A stretch of DNA of 64,000 nucleotides, from assembly GCA_036867785.1 (NCBI GenBank), contig CP145415.1:1054001-1118000 (forward strand). The letters run 5' to 3'. Numbering within the stretch: the first letter of the stretch is position 1; each line of letters opens with the position of its first letter. The notes beneath the pieces were generated by a model. That model was not told the DNA's origin. It saw only the letters and a list, made by a program, of their open reading frames with translations, and made no database searches. The position numbers were made by a program, and so were the translations under genes. Positions 38,369 to 50,793 of this stretch are shown piece by piece. The DNA comes from Plasmodiophora brassicae (taxonomy: Eukaryota).

Positions 38369-41033
38369 ATGTTGCCTGTGGGCCCATCCGAAGTCGGCGC
38401 CCTGCTGGCTGCCAGCGAGAGCCCGATCCTACCGCCTTCCCAGCGTCGCGACCCCGACGATCACCTCTCCGTCACCGTCGTCGACCCGCAGCGATCGGCG
38501 TCTCGTGACGAGGAGCACCGTTCGGCCGTGGAACGACTGCTGCAATTGCCCCGAGGGATCGACCAGAAAGGCACGACCCGGACCGGCATGGGAGTACGCC
38601 CAGGGGCCCTAGGCGACGACGGTCGACGCGATACGCTCGGGAACGACGAGGAGACCTGGGATGAGACGGAAACGCTGGCCGCCCTGGCGCACACGACGAC
38701 TCCACACACGGCTAAGGTCGTCGACATCTATGAAGACGTTGAGTACATGTTTCAGGAGGAACGCCGAGGGCAGAGCGCGCCACGACGCTTCCTCATCTGG
38801 GTCTCGCGGCACCGATGGTCCCTGGGCATCGTCACCGTCAGCCTAACGCTGTCCTTCGTACTGTGGATCCTCAGCGTTCAGCACCGGCTCCTCGTGCCCG
38901 CTTCCCAGACCGCATGGCTCTGGTCAGCCATCCCTGGCCTCGTACGCACAGGGTGTTCCCGTCGTCGTGTACGCCCCAACGTTGATGGCTTCCTGTAGAT
39001 TGCTCTGACGATCCTCGCGTCGTACATCATCGAGGTCACCATCATCAACGTCGCGGCGTTCATCATGACGTCGCCGCCCTGGTTCGCCGACCTGTTCAGG
39101 CAGTCCACCAGCGGGTACATTCGCGTCTCCGCCTTCGGTAGGGGACCCGGGTCGTTCGAGAACCTGGTAGCTGACGAGGTCCCAACAGGGATCGTTATGG
39201 ACAGTCTGGTGTTCCGATGGTGGCTGAACTCGACGGCGCCGGGTGACCTGAACCCGACGCTCATCGACAACTGCTTCGTGGCGATGTACGTTGTCGCCAT
39301 CGTCCTGATCGTTCGCAACTTCTTCAACGAGGTCGGCGAGATGCTGGCCGCCGAGAAATCGTTCGGCAAACGGGTGGACGCGCTCAACTTCCTCGAAGGC
39401 ATCATGCTCGATCTTTGCTGCCGGTCACCGACCGACCGAGCCGCGCTGGCCCAGATTCGTGCGAACCGAACCAGAACACAGCACCTAATGTCGTCGATTC
39501 GGAACATCAGGTTCGTTGACGTTGCGTTCGCGTTCACGATACGCTCAACTGGGTCGCCCTGCAGGGAAGGGGCGATCCTGTTCCCGCTGACCCACCAGGA
39601 CGACCAGTGGGTGTTCTCCAAGGAATCCAGCGTGGAGGTTACGATCGGCAAGGACATGGGCCTGGTCGCTGCCATCATCTTCAACAACATCGTGGAGGAT
39701 GCCGCCGGCGACGCCTTCGGGCAAGGCGACGACTCATCCCCATCGTCGATCACGTTGCGTACCTGGATGGCGTATTTCGACGTAAGGCGTGCCTGGGTCT
39801 ATAGCAGGCCAGACTGTTGACAGATGGGTGCTACAGACGCCGCTGATCGGGATGCAATCGTTCCGGTTGATGTTCATGAGGCAGGGGTCGGCGCTGCAGA
39901 AGCAGGCGGTGACGAGGGAGCAGTTCATCGCGTCGTTCAAGTCGATCCTGAACACGCGCAACGTGCTGGCGAACCGCCTGCAGGGGTTCCAGAACCTGAC
40001 GACGCTGGCCAAAACCGCCGTGTCGTTCGTCGTCTGGTTCATCGTCCTGTTCGTCGTCGCCGACATCTTTGGGTACAACGTCGGCAATATCCTAACGGCA
40101 ATGTCGGCACTGCTGATCGGCACCGCCTTCGCGATTTCGAAGACCATCAGCCGTGTCGTCGAAAGCGTCGTTGTAAGTGTGTGTGGGGACCGGGGGCGCC
40201 TGCTGTGTGCTAAGTAAGAGCCCCCCAAAGTTTATCTTTGGTGGCAAACCGTACCAGGTGAACGACGCCGTTAACATCGACAACACCTGGTACAAGGTAC
40301 ACAAGATCGGCGTCCTGGAGACGAAGTTCCTCGATGCCAACAACAAGCTGACGCGGTACTCCAACCAATACCTGTGCGACGTCAAGATCGTAGGGTGTCG
40401 TTCGGTTGCCCCGCGCGAGGTCGCCCACGAACCATATTTGTGTGTCAGGTGAATCTGACGAACTCGGGAACGTGCGTGACCACGATCGCCATCCAGATTG
40501 CTCAGGACACGCCGGTCGAACTGATCGAACGCCTAAAATCGTCGCTGGTGAAGTACACGATCGAGAACGCTGAACGTACAGAGCGCGCGCCTTCGCAGGC
40601 GCCGATGCACCGCTGATCGCGTCGCGTCCTGCTGGCAGATTGGAAACCACGCGTGACCGTGTTCCTGAACGACCTGACGCGGACGCATGCGGTCGACATG
40701 GAGATCCGCGTCGAGTCGGTGTACAAGTACGTGGACGGCGGCGCGTTTCGTGCCGCCGACACCGACCTGAAGAACCACGTGCGCAAGAAGATGACCAAGC
40801 TCGGCATCCAGTTCAAGGACTGCCCTCAGGTGGTGACGGTCCACTGGGCGGACGCTGGGGGCGTCCCGGTACCTACCGCAACGCCACATCATGTCAGTAC
40901 CAAGGGGTCGTCACCGTCCTACCATCACGTTCACGCCAGCAATGCATCGCCGTCGCAGCACCAGCACCCGGACATCAACAACACGGGCGGGAAGTCGTCC
41001 AGACGCCAAGGGCAACAGCACACGCTCAGCTAA
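38369..41033 (+). CDS. MscS-like mechanosensitive channel, paralog 2, multi-exon
   Basis: FIFGGKPYQVNDAVNIDNTWYKVHKIGVLETKFLD..YSNQYL..VNLTNSG..IQIAQDTPVELIERLK; collinear with 28372-30822. Confidence 0.87.
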
Positions 41034-41262
41034 TCGCCAACGTCCGCCCGCATGTCGCTCGTCGTCGAAATACATCACGTTTCGTGTTGTCGACTTCATC
41101 GTGGGCAATACACCCTGGCGGGCGCCAGTGCAACAACGTCTGCTGCGTCCAAATGACTCACCTGCCCCGGTCAGGGGACATCATCATCTCGGATCGACTT
41201 GATGGTCCGGAGGCAGACCGTCAGCCGCCGGGCATTCTATATCTAATCTAGCGACGCCCACC

Positions 41263-42102
41263 ATGCATGCGGGGCGTGCGACACCGCTGCTGTATCTATT
41301 CGTGGTCGTGGGCGCTGTCGCGACGCACCACGACGTGTTCTACGATGATTACGGGAACCCGGTGCGGCCGCCGTTAGAGGTGGCGACCCAGCCAGCGACA
41401 TGGACGTCGATCATCGCGAACTGGCAGGTGGCGATGCGCGACCCAGATGTGGACATCCAGTCGTTCGCGGTGGCAGACGACATCGCCAACCTGTTGAACC
41501 CGGACGACTACAACGAGCTCTGCGACCCGGAAACGGTTCGCCAGCATGCCGCCCGCAACCTGCTCATCTTGTGTGCCAAGATCACGCGTATCGTCGGTGC
41601 CACGACGTTGAACATTGGCTCCCGCTTCATCATCTGGGTTGTCAGGAACGCGCCGACCGTGTACCGGCGCATCCGGCAGCTGAAGGTCGAAGCGCAGGAG
41701 AAGTACAGGCTGCTGCAGTACATCCCCATGCCGGATCTGCCCAGGCACCGAGCGCTGACGCAAGCAGACAGACAGGATCCGCTGAACGAAGACGAGCTGC
41801 TCGACCAGACGTCAACGCCACCTGCGCCGCTTCCACCGGCAGCACCGTCACCACCACCAGGCAGCTATCGCTTCCCCGACTACGCGAATCGCCAGATGCC
41901 AGACAGCGACGCGGACGAGGACCCAGGCTCGTTGCTGAATCGCATCGTGCAGTTCTTCTCCAGCGACCAGTTCGATACGGTCGCGATGCTCGTCCTCGTA
42001 CCGATGATCGCGATGGTCCTCATCATGATCTGGAGCACCTACAAGGAGCTGGCAATGGAACACGACGTCGCGGAGGACGCGGAAACCAGCAGCGTCGCCT
42101 GA
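41263..42102 (+). CDS. Hypothetical protein with signal peptide and C-terminal TM helix, intronless
   Basis: LLYLFVVVGAVA signal; TVAMLVLVPMIAMVLIMIW TM; coding-like GC3. Confidence 0.75.
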   Translation: MHAGRATPLLYLFVVVGAVATHHDVFYDDYGNPVRPPLEVATQPATWTSIIANWQVAMRDPDVDIQSFAVADDIANLLNPDDYNELCDPETVRQHAARNLLILCAKITRIVGATTLNIGSRFIIWVVRNAPTVYRRIRQLKVEAQEKYRLLQYIPMPDLPRHRALTQADRQDPLNEDELLDQTSTPPAPLPPAAPSPPPGSYRFPDYANRQMPDSDADEDPGSLLNRIVQFFSSDQFDTVAMLVLVPMIAMVLIMIWSTYKELAMEHDVAEDAETSSVA

Positions 42103-42174
42103 GGCGACAGCAGCGAACGGCCCATCACCGGGCATCGGGCGAACCGAAAACAGGAACATCTCGAACAGAGATCT

Positions 42175-44063
42175 TCATTGATCGAACGCCGCATACTGCC
42201 GCAAACGAACGGCATAGTCGTGAGGGAACGAAAAGTCCTTCAGGTACACGTAGAACTTGGAGACAATCTGGTACAGGGCGAGATCGAACACGTTAGACAG
42301 CGTCAGTACGTTGTAGTCTATCGAGGGAGGGCGGGATGACTGCGAAGGCTCGCCGTTGCACGTGTGGGCAAACTCCTCCAGTGCCATCGACGCGCCCAAC
42401 AGCGACCCGACAATGCTTTCGAAAGATCGCTGGACGACGCCATAGCTGTCTTCCTCAATCGAATGCACGATCAGCGCCGTCAATGCTGGCAGGTGTCGTC
42501 GTTAGCCGAGGCCGGGCGCAGTTAGACAGAAGACCCTGCAATTACCTTGAACGGCGGCAACGATGTCATCAGCACGGAAACAGAGCCGATAGACAAGTGG
42601 ATTGTTCGACCCGAGCGCATGCAACGATGCCGCAGAACCTGTACCGCACGTCAGTGCAGATACGATCAGGATAGCGCGCTGCACGTACGTCGCTTGATGT
42701 CGTCGTGACTTGTTTCCAGCAGGGACAGCGACAGGGAGTCGACCAGGTCGGTACAGGTTTTCACAATTTGTGCCCAAACTTTGCCGTCGTCCGCTTCGTA
42801 GATCGCTGAGCGTGCCGTGGCTGACAGCTGCGACACGTCGCTCAGTTCCATCAGGCACAGCGACTGACGAACGCGTATACGTCAACCCCAAGCCAACATG
42901 CATATCACGAAATCCCCACCCTGCAGTACGGCTCGTTCTCCATTTGAATCAGCCTAGCCAGCAACGGAACCGAAATGGAGGTGCTGTCGTCAACCAGAAT
43001 GCTTTGCGTCAATGCGACGTGGACGACATGACGAAGCGTCTCCCACGAGAAGACCAGCATCGCCAATCTGGGCAATAGTCAACAACGACGTAACGCCGCA
43101 CAGGACATGAATTACATGAATGCAAAGTGCACTTGACCCCGAAGAGAGAAACTGCAAGCCTCCGATGCAGTACCAAGGAAGAGGCCTTCCCCGAGCACAA
43201 GGGACAGGACCCACTGGAACGGAACAATGGACAGGGCGACAGCTGTGAGACCGGCGAGTTTCATAGCTGCGACCAGCGAATGCGGCATTCGAGATCGAAT
43301 TTGCACACTCATTGGCAATTGCAGGGAGGGAAACGTCAACTACGACGGCACGGGTCACAAAGATTACAAGACGACGGTTGTTGTCGGATACCTGCGGCAG
43401 CGTGACCAACACGTACAGCTGATACGCCAGCGAGAAGGCGCAGAGGCGTACCAAATCGCTTCGCAAACAGGACGACTGCAGGGCGGACGAAGACGTCCCC
43501 GACGCGACAGCATACGCCAACATAGCCGAGATGCAGGACACGCCCAATGATATGAGCGCACTTGGAGAGCTGACTATCGCGAACGCACGAGACAGACCGG
43601 GGGCGACCTGCGTCAATCCTACAACGATGACGCGCAATTAGCACAAATAACGACGACAAGCGCGGTTGTACCCTTAAGGTTATGGATGTGCACAACAGTG
43701 TAGGCCTGCTGCAGAGCAGAGAATAGCACCATCTGCAGGAGCGTGCCGACGGAAAACATCCTCCAAACTGCCCACTGTTGTTAGCGGCCGGCCGGCAGCC
43801 AGTTGCAACGCCAACGTACAGTAGATCGTAAGTCGAGCATTGAAGAACGCGACCGTGACGAGCTGGACAACGAATCCAACGATGACGGCGCGTTGCGTTC
43901 GGCTGCGTTTCAGCTGCTGTATCCAGGCCGCCGCCGACTCCTCCGGCGACATGGCCCGCTCCGCGTTCGGCGTCGAGGGCATCGTGTCAACGTCCTTGGC
44001 CGGCATCTGCCGGAACAGGTGCGACGACCCGGCGGCGACATGGCTGGGCGGCGACGCCCACAT
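42175..44063 (-). CDS. NDC1: Transmembrane nucleoporin Ndc1-like, multi-exon
   Basis: Several N-terminal TM segments; C-terminal LIVHSIEEDSYGVVQ..IVGSLL and ALYQIVSKF match the Ndc1 tail. Confidence 0.75.
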
Positions 44064-44389
44064 CGCTACCACCGATCGGATCACCGACCAATGCGGCCGC
44101 GTGCCGCCAGGTTTTGCGCACGCAACTCCGCTCCTGAGTACCAGATGACCCCCCGATAGTAGGTAGAAGGGCTGCAGACCCGTGTTACCGGAATGCAGCT
44201 CAGCACGTCGCGGACATCTCGTCACGACGGCAGCGTTACGTGTCACGTGTCACGAAGCGAACTGTTCGACGGTCGGCTGCTGCAGTCGCGGAGCGCGCGC
44301 CCTGACAAAATCGTGGTCCCGCCTCCCCCCAAAAAGGTGGGGTCCCCATGAACGGCGTCGTCATTGTTTCGCCTTTCGGGGACGGTGGA

Positions 44390-44392
<3 letters not shown>

Positions 44393-44427
<35 letters not shown>

Positions 44428-45912
44428 GGTCGTCACTGCCGTTGTGCGGTTCGACGTGAGCGCCGGCGCCGTGATCGACCGTGTGCATCCGGAGTCGGCG
44501 TCGGTGCCGGCCAGTGTCCTGGACTGCCTGCCCGCATACGCGCTGCCTGACGGCGTGCACCGGGAGAATCTCGTCGGTCGACTGCGGAACCGTCCATACC
44601 GTCGAGTTATCCCCTCTGACGATACCATCGCACCAGGATTTCGTCTACTTCTCGATACCGCCGAGGCCAGGTCCCGCGGATGCCGATAACGATGGCGGTG
44701 ATGCAATGTGGCGCCCTGCTGCAGCGGGCGTCGCCTGCTTCAGGCAGAAGCCGTCAGAGGCGTCCGCGCGCGGATTCGTTCAGGAATCGCTCTGCCTCAT
44801 GGTCGTCAGCCCATCGCCAGACCAGGTTCATCGGATCTACACGCTCCTGCATGGGCAGTTGACTCGCCCGGCGCGACTGTACTTTGAGCGGCATGTCGAT
44901 GTTCTCAAGTCGCTTCGCGATGCTGCCGTGACGTGTCTAGCCGACCCAGACGTGGCATCGTCCAGCCCATCCGTTATGCAGGGCGCGCATTTCCAGACGA
45001 CCTTGAAACGCCTGCTGGCGTCTATGCCGGATTTGGTTCTGACCGTTGTGAAGGCACTGGACGCTGGCGCGCGTGTCGTTGTGTACAGCGAGGCGCCTTT
45101 GCATCACCTGACGTCCACTGTGGTTGCCGTATCGAGCGTTATCGAATCAGAAACGGCCGTCATGCCATACGTTCCGCTCGTCGAGCTCAACGGTGTCCTG
45201 CGCTCTGTGAAGCACGCGATCGTTGGTACGAACAACCGTCTCGCTGTCCAATCGGGCAACGGTGTACCTGCCGCGGAGGTCGTCTGGGACGTCGACAAGG
45301 GCCGTGTAAGGGTCGAGGAAGGCGCATGGAGCGAGATGCTGGACCTGTCATCAGCAGACCGTCGGTTTGCGGCTTTGCTGGCAGCGGAAGACGACGCGTT
45401 TGCCGTTTTCCAGCGACTTCGCCGGTATCGCTCGACTGTCCGGACGCTGATCGACGCCAGGACGAGACGTCGAAGCGATTCGCAGACGGATGGTGAGCGG
45501 GACGATGTAGTTTCACTGGATCGCGCTCTGGGCGACTTCAATGCCAAGTGGGCTGGCAAGATGTACAGTTACCTGCCTCGGGTGCATATCGAACGCACTG
45601 ACGATGGCGAAGACGAGGATGGCGACGTCAGCGCGCGAATGCACCCATGCTACGACGAGCTCGATCACTTGTGGTCGTCGGTGACGGAACAGACACAGGC
45701 CATTGGCGCGCAAGCGCAACGCGGCATCTCGATGGCGTCTTCGGCACTGTCAAACTTGATGGGCTCTCTTGCGAATACGTTGTGTACGTCCAGTTGCTAC
45801 GACGATGACCTTCGTCCATGTACTGACCATGCCTGTAGCGTTCGAGGACGACAAGCAGGTCGATCCGTTCACAGACGACGACGACGAGTCGCACAGACGT
45901 GCGCACCAGTGA
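44393..45912 (+). CDS. AVL9/DENN-like trafficking protein, spliced
   Basis: VVRFDVSAGAVIDRVHP, AYALPDGVH, DFVYF, GVACFRQ, RGFVQES, PYVPL, GTNNRL, LSSADRRF. Confidence 0.75.
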
Positions 45913-45970
45913 ATCACACAAGCGCCGTTCCGACGAGTATTATAACAATAAGGTTAATGTTCCTACATTA

Positions 45971-46479
45971 CTATTTGCTGTACGGCGAGACCGTCGCCTC
46001 CTTGATCCCAATTCGGGGCTCGTGGGGCGCGTCTTCAACACGGACGGCATCCTCGTCGTCGTCAAACAGTGCATTGTACCGCTCCGGGTGTGCGTTCATG
46101 CAGTCAGCATACGCCTTCATGAGCGGTCTGCATACGTCGATGTCTTTCTTCTCAATCTCGCACAGCCGGAAGCATTTGTACGCCGGGGCGAACGTCGACC
46201 CACACGGCCCCAGCAATTCCGACCGGAAGCACGGCGGGCACTTCTCATCCGCCGCCAGCTCTTCGATGCTTTTCCCGTCCCAGTCCAGGTCCAACGAGTC
46301 TGCCGACGACGGTCAGGAACCAACCGAACCACTGGACCGCTCGACGAACCGATATACTCCTTGCTGACGGTATCCGGGACGGGTTCGGGAGCCTCACTGC
46401 AGGCCACCAGCCGCGCGCGCTGCCACACGAGTGCCGACCCCGCGCCCAGCGCGGCAGCCGCTATCAGCGCCCGTGACAT
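45971..46479 (-). CDS. Mia40/CHCHD4- or GCK-like twin CX9C protein, one 50-nt intron
   Basis: Hydrophobic N-terminus, then LDWD..CPPCF..GPC-X9-C...C-X9-C-MNAHPERY and an acidic tail. Confidence 0.75.
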
Positions 46480-46804
46480 GGCGTCGCTACGGTGCGGGGC
46501 AGTGTCCCGGAATGTGCTGACGGGCCGGGGCCGGGATGGGCAGTCGCGAACTCCGCCGCTCGCACGCTCGGACCTGGACGACCAACTCCGACAACACAAC
46601 CGGTTACGCCCCGGCCAAACAGTTGGGCGCGGCTATACACGCGCTGCTCCTGCTGGCGTTTCCACTACACTGCTGCTGAAGACGGGCGATCCGTGAGGCG
46701 TGCGATGTGCCCCTCTCCCCGCAAGGTTTGACTGCCGGCAGGAGGCCAGCGGGAGTGGCGTGCGTGTCAGGCGTCGACATGGCGGTCCACACCGGCGAGT
46801 ACGG

Positions 46805-47518
46805 TCAGTTGCTGCTGCTGTATCTCGAAACGTCTATCATCGTCGTCGTCGGCGCCGCTGTCAACTTCACATCCGCCGTCGCCGTGCCCGAATGTTTCTT
46901 CTTGATGTGCAGGTTCAGGGCAGGTCCCTGTGGTGCCACGTGGTGTCAGTAAATAATCAACGTGCGCCCCAATGTCATGCAAATGGCCGCTTACCGAACC
47001 GTACGCCTTCGGGCACCCTGGATAACGGCACCGAAACGTTCGGACGACCTCCGATGGGGGCAGGCGTCGACGTTTCTGGTACTGGAACCCCGGGCGCCAG
47101 CTCTGCGGGAACAGAGCCACCATCTGGGCAACGCGCTGGTAGTCGTAGACCGGCACCGGTGCCATACAGTACGCCTTGTCACTGGCCGTCGTTGGCGACT
47201 GAACTTGTAGCACGGCAATGGGAGCGCTTTCACCACGCGAGGTCGGCGCCCATCTGGACGCGGACGGTTAGAAGGAGCAGGCGGAGTGATGGGCAGGACC
47301 AGTGCAACCGACCTGGGTACCGGGTTGGCGACCGCTGGCGCATTGGGTAACGTGCTGGCGAATGGGATGACGAATTGCGAGCGGGCTATGAAGGCCGACG
47401 TTGGCGACATCAGGAACGGGGTGTGGACGGGCGCCTGCATAGATGGTGCCAGAGAGACACCCGACTGGACTCTAACGACGCGTGGCCGCAGGACGCCGCC
47501 GTTAGACGTGGAAGGCAT
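46805..47518 (-). CDS. Single C2H2 zinc-finger protein, 2 introns
   Basis: Splicing gives KRRRLPPSEVVRTFRCRYPGCPKAYGS/GPALNLHIKKKH; the second intron splits the finger. Confidence 0.75.
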
Positions 47519-47749
47519 GGCGCCGAACGGAATGCCGCTGAGGGCGACCTGACGAGCCCCAGTCTGCATTAGAAGGGCGATCGAAGCAGCAGTGGGTGAC
47601 GACCGTGACAGAGTACAGAATAGGGCGCCGGTGACGAGCAGTCGGGCACATCGTCGCCACTCTATTCGAGCTAACGATAACGGCAAGGACAGACGGTTAC
47701 AGAGGTACGCCGCCATCGATATACTGTTCCAACGCAGCACAACCTGCGT

Positions 47750-49606
47750 TTATGATGACGTAGATCGATCGGACCGGCCCTTTTCGAGCAAATCGTCTAA
47801 ACGGGTCAGCTTCTCGCGCGGCTTGCCCCGTGAGTGACCGCGCTCGACCTCGTCAGCGTCGATCGTCTTCCACCCGCTCTTGGTAACGACCGACAGCCCC
47901 GAATCGGCAACCGATTGCCACAGCGCATCCCGGTCCTGACCGCTGGTCTGTACGTGAGCGTCCGCCAGCACGGCCTGGACCGTCTCTGCAGCATCCATAA
48001 TGTTCGAACCGATGATGCCTAACGAGTGACGGTTACACGCAGCAGGAAGGGCAACGGGCCCATGGCTGTACATACCGGTGGCACCTCGCTTGATCCAGCC
48101 GGTGACATACAGACACGGGAACGTCGACCCATCAGATCGTATGGCCCGTCCGCCCACATTCGGGACAATGCCCTTGACATCGTCGAATGGGATCCCGTTA
48201 AACGAGATAGACCTCAACAAAGGTCAGCAGAGCGGTTGAAGCGCCCGATATCACATCGTACCGGTAACCGATGCTGCGGACCACAAGTCCTGCCTTGATT
48301 GTTTCGAATTCGCCGGTTGGTACAGACCGCTGCTGGCCAGGTGCACCTTCCAGCCTGGTGCGCTCGAATTCGATAGCACCGACCGACTCGGGATGCGAGT
48401 CGCTGGGCAGAATGCGAACCGGGTTAAGGTAAAAGCGCAGTCGAAGGACCGGCTGCCCCTCAACTATGGGCCTGGCCTGCTGCTCGCCTTCTTTCTGCGC
48501 TTTCCACAATATTTCCATCTTGCGATGAACGGCACGAGTCGTCAGCTCTTGCCGCGTCGCCTCGGTCATCAGATCTTTGTCAAGGTCCTCAGGACGAACT
48601 GAACCACATGCCTCGTTCAGCACATAACCGACAACTGTAGCACGAGAAACGCGTACTGATGGTTGGGAACGACCGCTTCGTTATCAGCTCACGCAGCTCC
48701 TTATTGGTGAACGATGACTGGGCGGGTCCACGACGCCCGACGACCGATACGTTCTCAATACGAGACTTTTGTAGCGCCTCGACAGCCTGCTCGGTAATAT
48801 CCGTATGCTGAAGAGACTCGCCACGCGAGCACAGCACACGGGCAACATCGATCGCAACGTTGCCTAGTCGAAATATTAGCAGACCGCCACCGAGCACGTA
48901 CGCGATTCCGATCTCGAGAACCTTGTCCAATGATAACGGCGTCTGTTACGTCCAGGTTGTATTTGTCGCCGACATGGTCCGGATGGCCATTGTACCAGTT
49001 GACGAACGCCCGCGCCGACACACAATTCTGAAGGTGCTCCCCTGGGATATTCATCGAGACGTCCGATCCTAGCGCGGAAGAGCAGTCAGCCCCAAATCGT
49101 TGGCAAGGGGGGACGGATTGGCCTAACCTGCACCGCATGCCAGGACGACGGAATCGTACGCCTTGAGGAGACCCTCGGCGGTTACGTCCCGATCCAGTTC
49201 GACGTTGCCGAAAAACCGGCACCGCTCATCGTCGAGGATCGACTGGAACTCGTTCGTCACCGACTTCGTATCCTGGTGGTCGGGCGCAACTGCCAGCACA
49301 CCCTCTCTCAATATCTCCAGTATCACCACCTGCCAGCTCACGCAAGCACACACACCTCCACTTCGCACGAGACCGAACGGCGTCGGCAAGCGTTCGACCC
49401 TGCACCGCCAACGCATGAGATCGCGCGTCGCTATACGCGGGCCAGGCCGGCGGGACGTACATGTCGACGCGACCGTCGGGGCGATCGCGCAGGAAGTACT
49501 TGGCGGTGTAGAACGCCGACGGGCCACTGCCCACAATGCAGATGTGCATGGCGCGCCGGGACGCCGGCCGCCATGCGCCCGCTGCTGACCGCCAGACGCG
49601 ACGCAT
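47750..49606 (-). CDS. FDXR: Mitochondrial ferredoxin (adrenodoxin) reductase, multi-exon
   Basis: ICIVGSGPSAFY, PTPFGLVRSG/VAPDH, SARAFVNWYNGHP, IIGQGNVAIDVAR, GRRGPAQSSFT.KELREL, GWIKRGATG.I. Confidence 0.95.
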
Positions 49607-49756
49607 GACGCGCGCGCACTCTATCTCTGTGTCCTGGGCGTGGTCGCCGTCGCCATACCCGGACCTTGAGCGTATATTATACACACGACGACGACCTGCT
49701 AGTACTTGATGAGCCTGACGGACACGGACAGATTCACGTAGCTGCGAGGAACATCG

Positions 49757-50431
49757 TTAGAGGGATCGGCGCGCGCACAGACACGTGGACACATACGTGT
49801 AGATGATGCCGCAGAGGACGCATCCCGGTTGCATGCGTTTGATGGTGCGCGTCCCGTGCCCTTTGCAGATGGCGTCGATCATCGTGCCGGCGCTGATGGA
49901 CGACTGCAGGAAAGGGATGCCGCTGTTCGGGAGCAGGGCGGGCGGGGCGATATCGGGGACGACCTTGCCGCCGTTCGCGTCGCTCGGATGGATCTTCGAG
50001 TACGCCGTGACGATGGCGCCCGCCTCTTTCAGGATCGGCTCGAAGTACATCGCATGTGGGATGATGCCATCGAGTTTCGTAGGCGGGACCAACTGGACGA
50101 GCGGATCCGGCACCGGCTTTTCGCAGTCGGCCAGGTTGTCGTACTCGCGACAGATCTCAATGTACTGCTGGTGGGCCTTGGAGTTCTGTCGCAGTACGAC
50201 GCTCCAGAACGCCGACTCGCCAACGCCAAACTTCTTGGCCCGGACGTACGTTCGCAGGCGTTTCAGCTTCTGCAGCGTGAACGGCAGCGTGGCCCCGAAC
50301 CGCGGCGGCTGCTCGTCACCATCGTCGTACTCGGGCACGGCCCGGTTGCCTCCGCTGACGCACCTCCTGTTCGCAACAACCACGGTCGCTGAGCATCGAC
50401 GTCTAGCGGTGCCCACCAGTGGCGCCAGCAT
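49757..50431 (-). CDS. Hypothetical protein with mitochondrial-presequence-like N-terminus
   Basis: 224-aa ATG ORF with coding-like GC3; N-terminus Arg-rich and free of acidic residues. Confidence 0.6.
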   Translation of the reverse strand: MLAPLVGTARRRCSATVVVANRRCVSGGNRAVPEYDDGDEQPPRFGATLPFTLQKLKRLRTYVRAKKFGVGESAFWSVVLRQNSKAHQQYIEICREYDNLADCEKPVPDPLVQLVPPTKLDGIIPHAMYFEPILKEAGAIVTAYSKIHPSDANGGKVVPDIAPPALLPNSGIPFLQSSISAGTMIDAICKGHGTRTIKRMQPGCVLCGIIYTYVSTCLCARRSL

Positions 50432-50793
50432 CGCTCCGTGGGGAAGCCCCGACCACGTTTCGCAACCGACGGAAATAGCGATGAGGACGAACCCTGCAAG
50501 GGACCCCAGCAGGCATTCATCGGGATTTCAGAACGCTCCCTCCGTCTCCATACGTACGATGTACGACTGCCGGCGCTCTGGCCAACCCCTACCGCACAGC
50601 ATGGTGGGGAACGTTCAGGAGCGGCGATCAGACTGGCCGTGTTGGCGGGGCGTTGCATTTCGGGAAAAACAGGGGGAGGGAGGCGCGGGCGAGCAGCAGC
50701 AGCGCAGCCCGGTCGTCCCGGAATTTTTGGGTCCGTTTGGGTCAGTCGCTTCGCCAGCCGGGTTTGCCCAGACGCGCACAGGTCGACTCTCCG

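Noticed and set aside
44481..46367. 628-aa ORF overlapping the Mia40-like gene
   Set aside because: Best explained as read-through of an AVL9 intron; a GT-AG splice gives a stop at 45912.
45971..50431. Cluster of mitochondrial genes as an operon-like unit
   Set aside because: A zinc-finger gene interrupts it and no shared regulatory motif is evident; chance is adequate in a dense genome.
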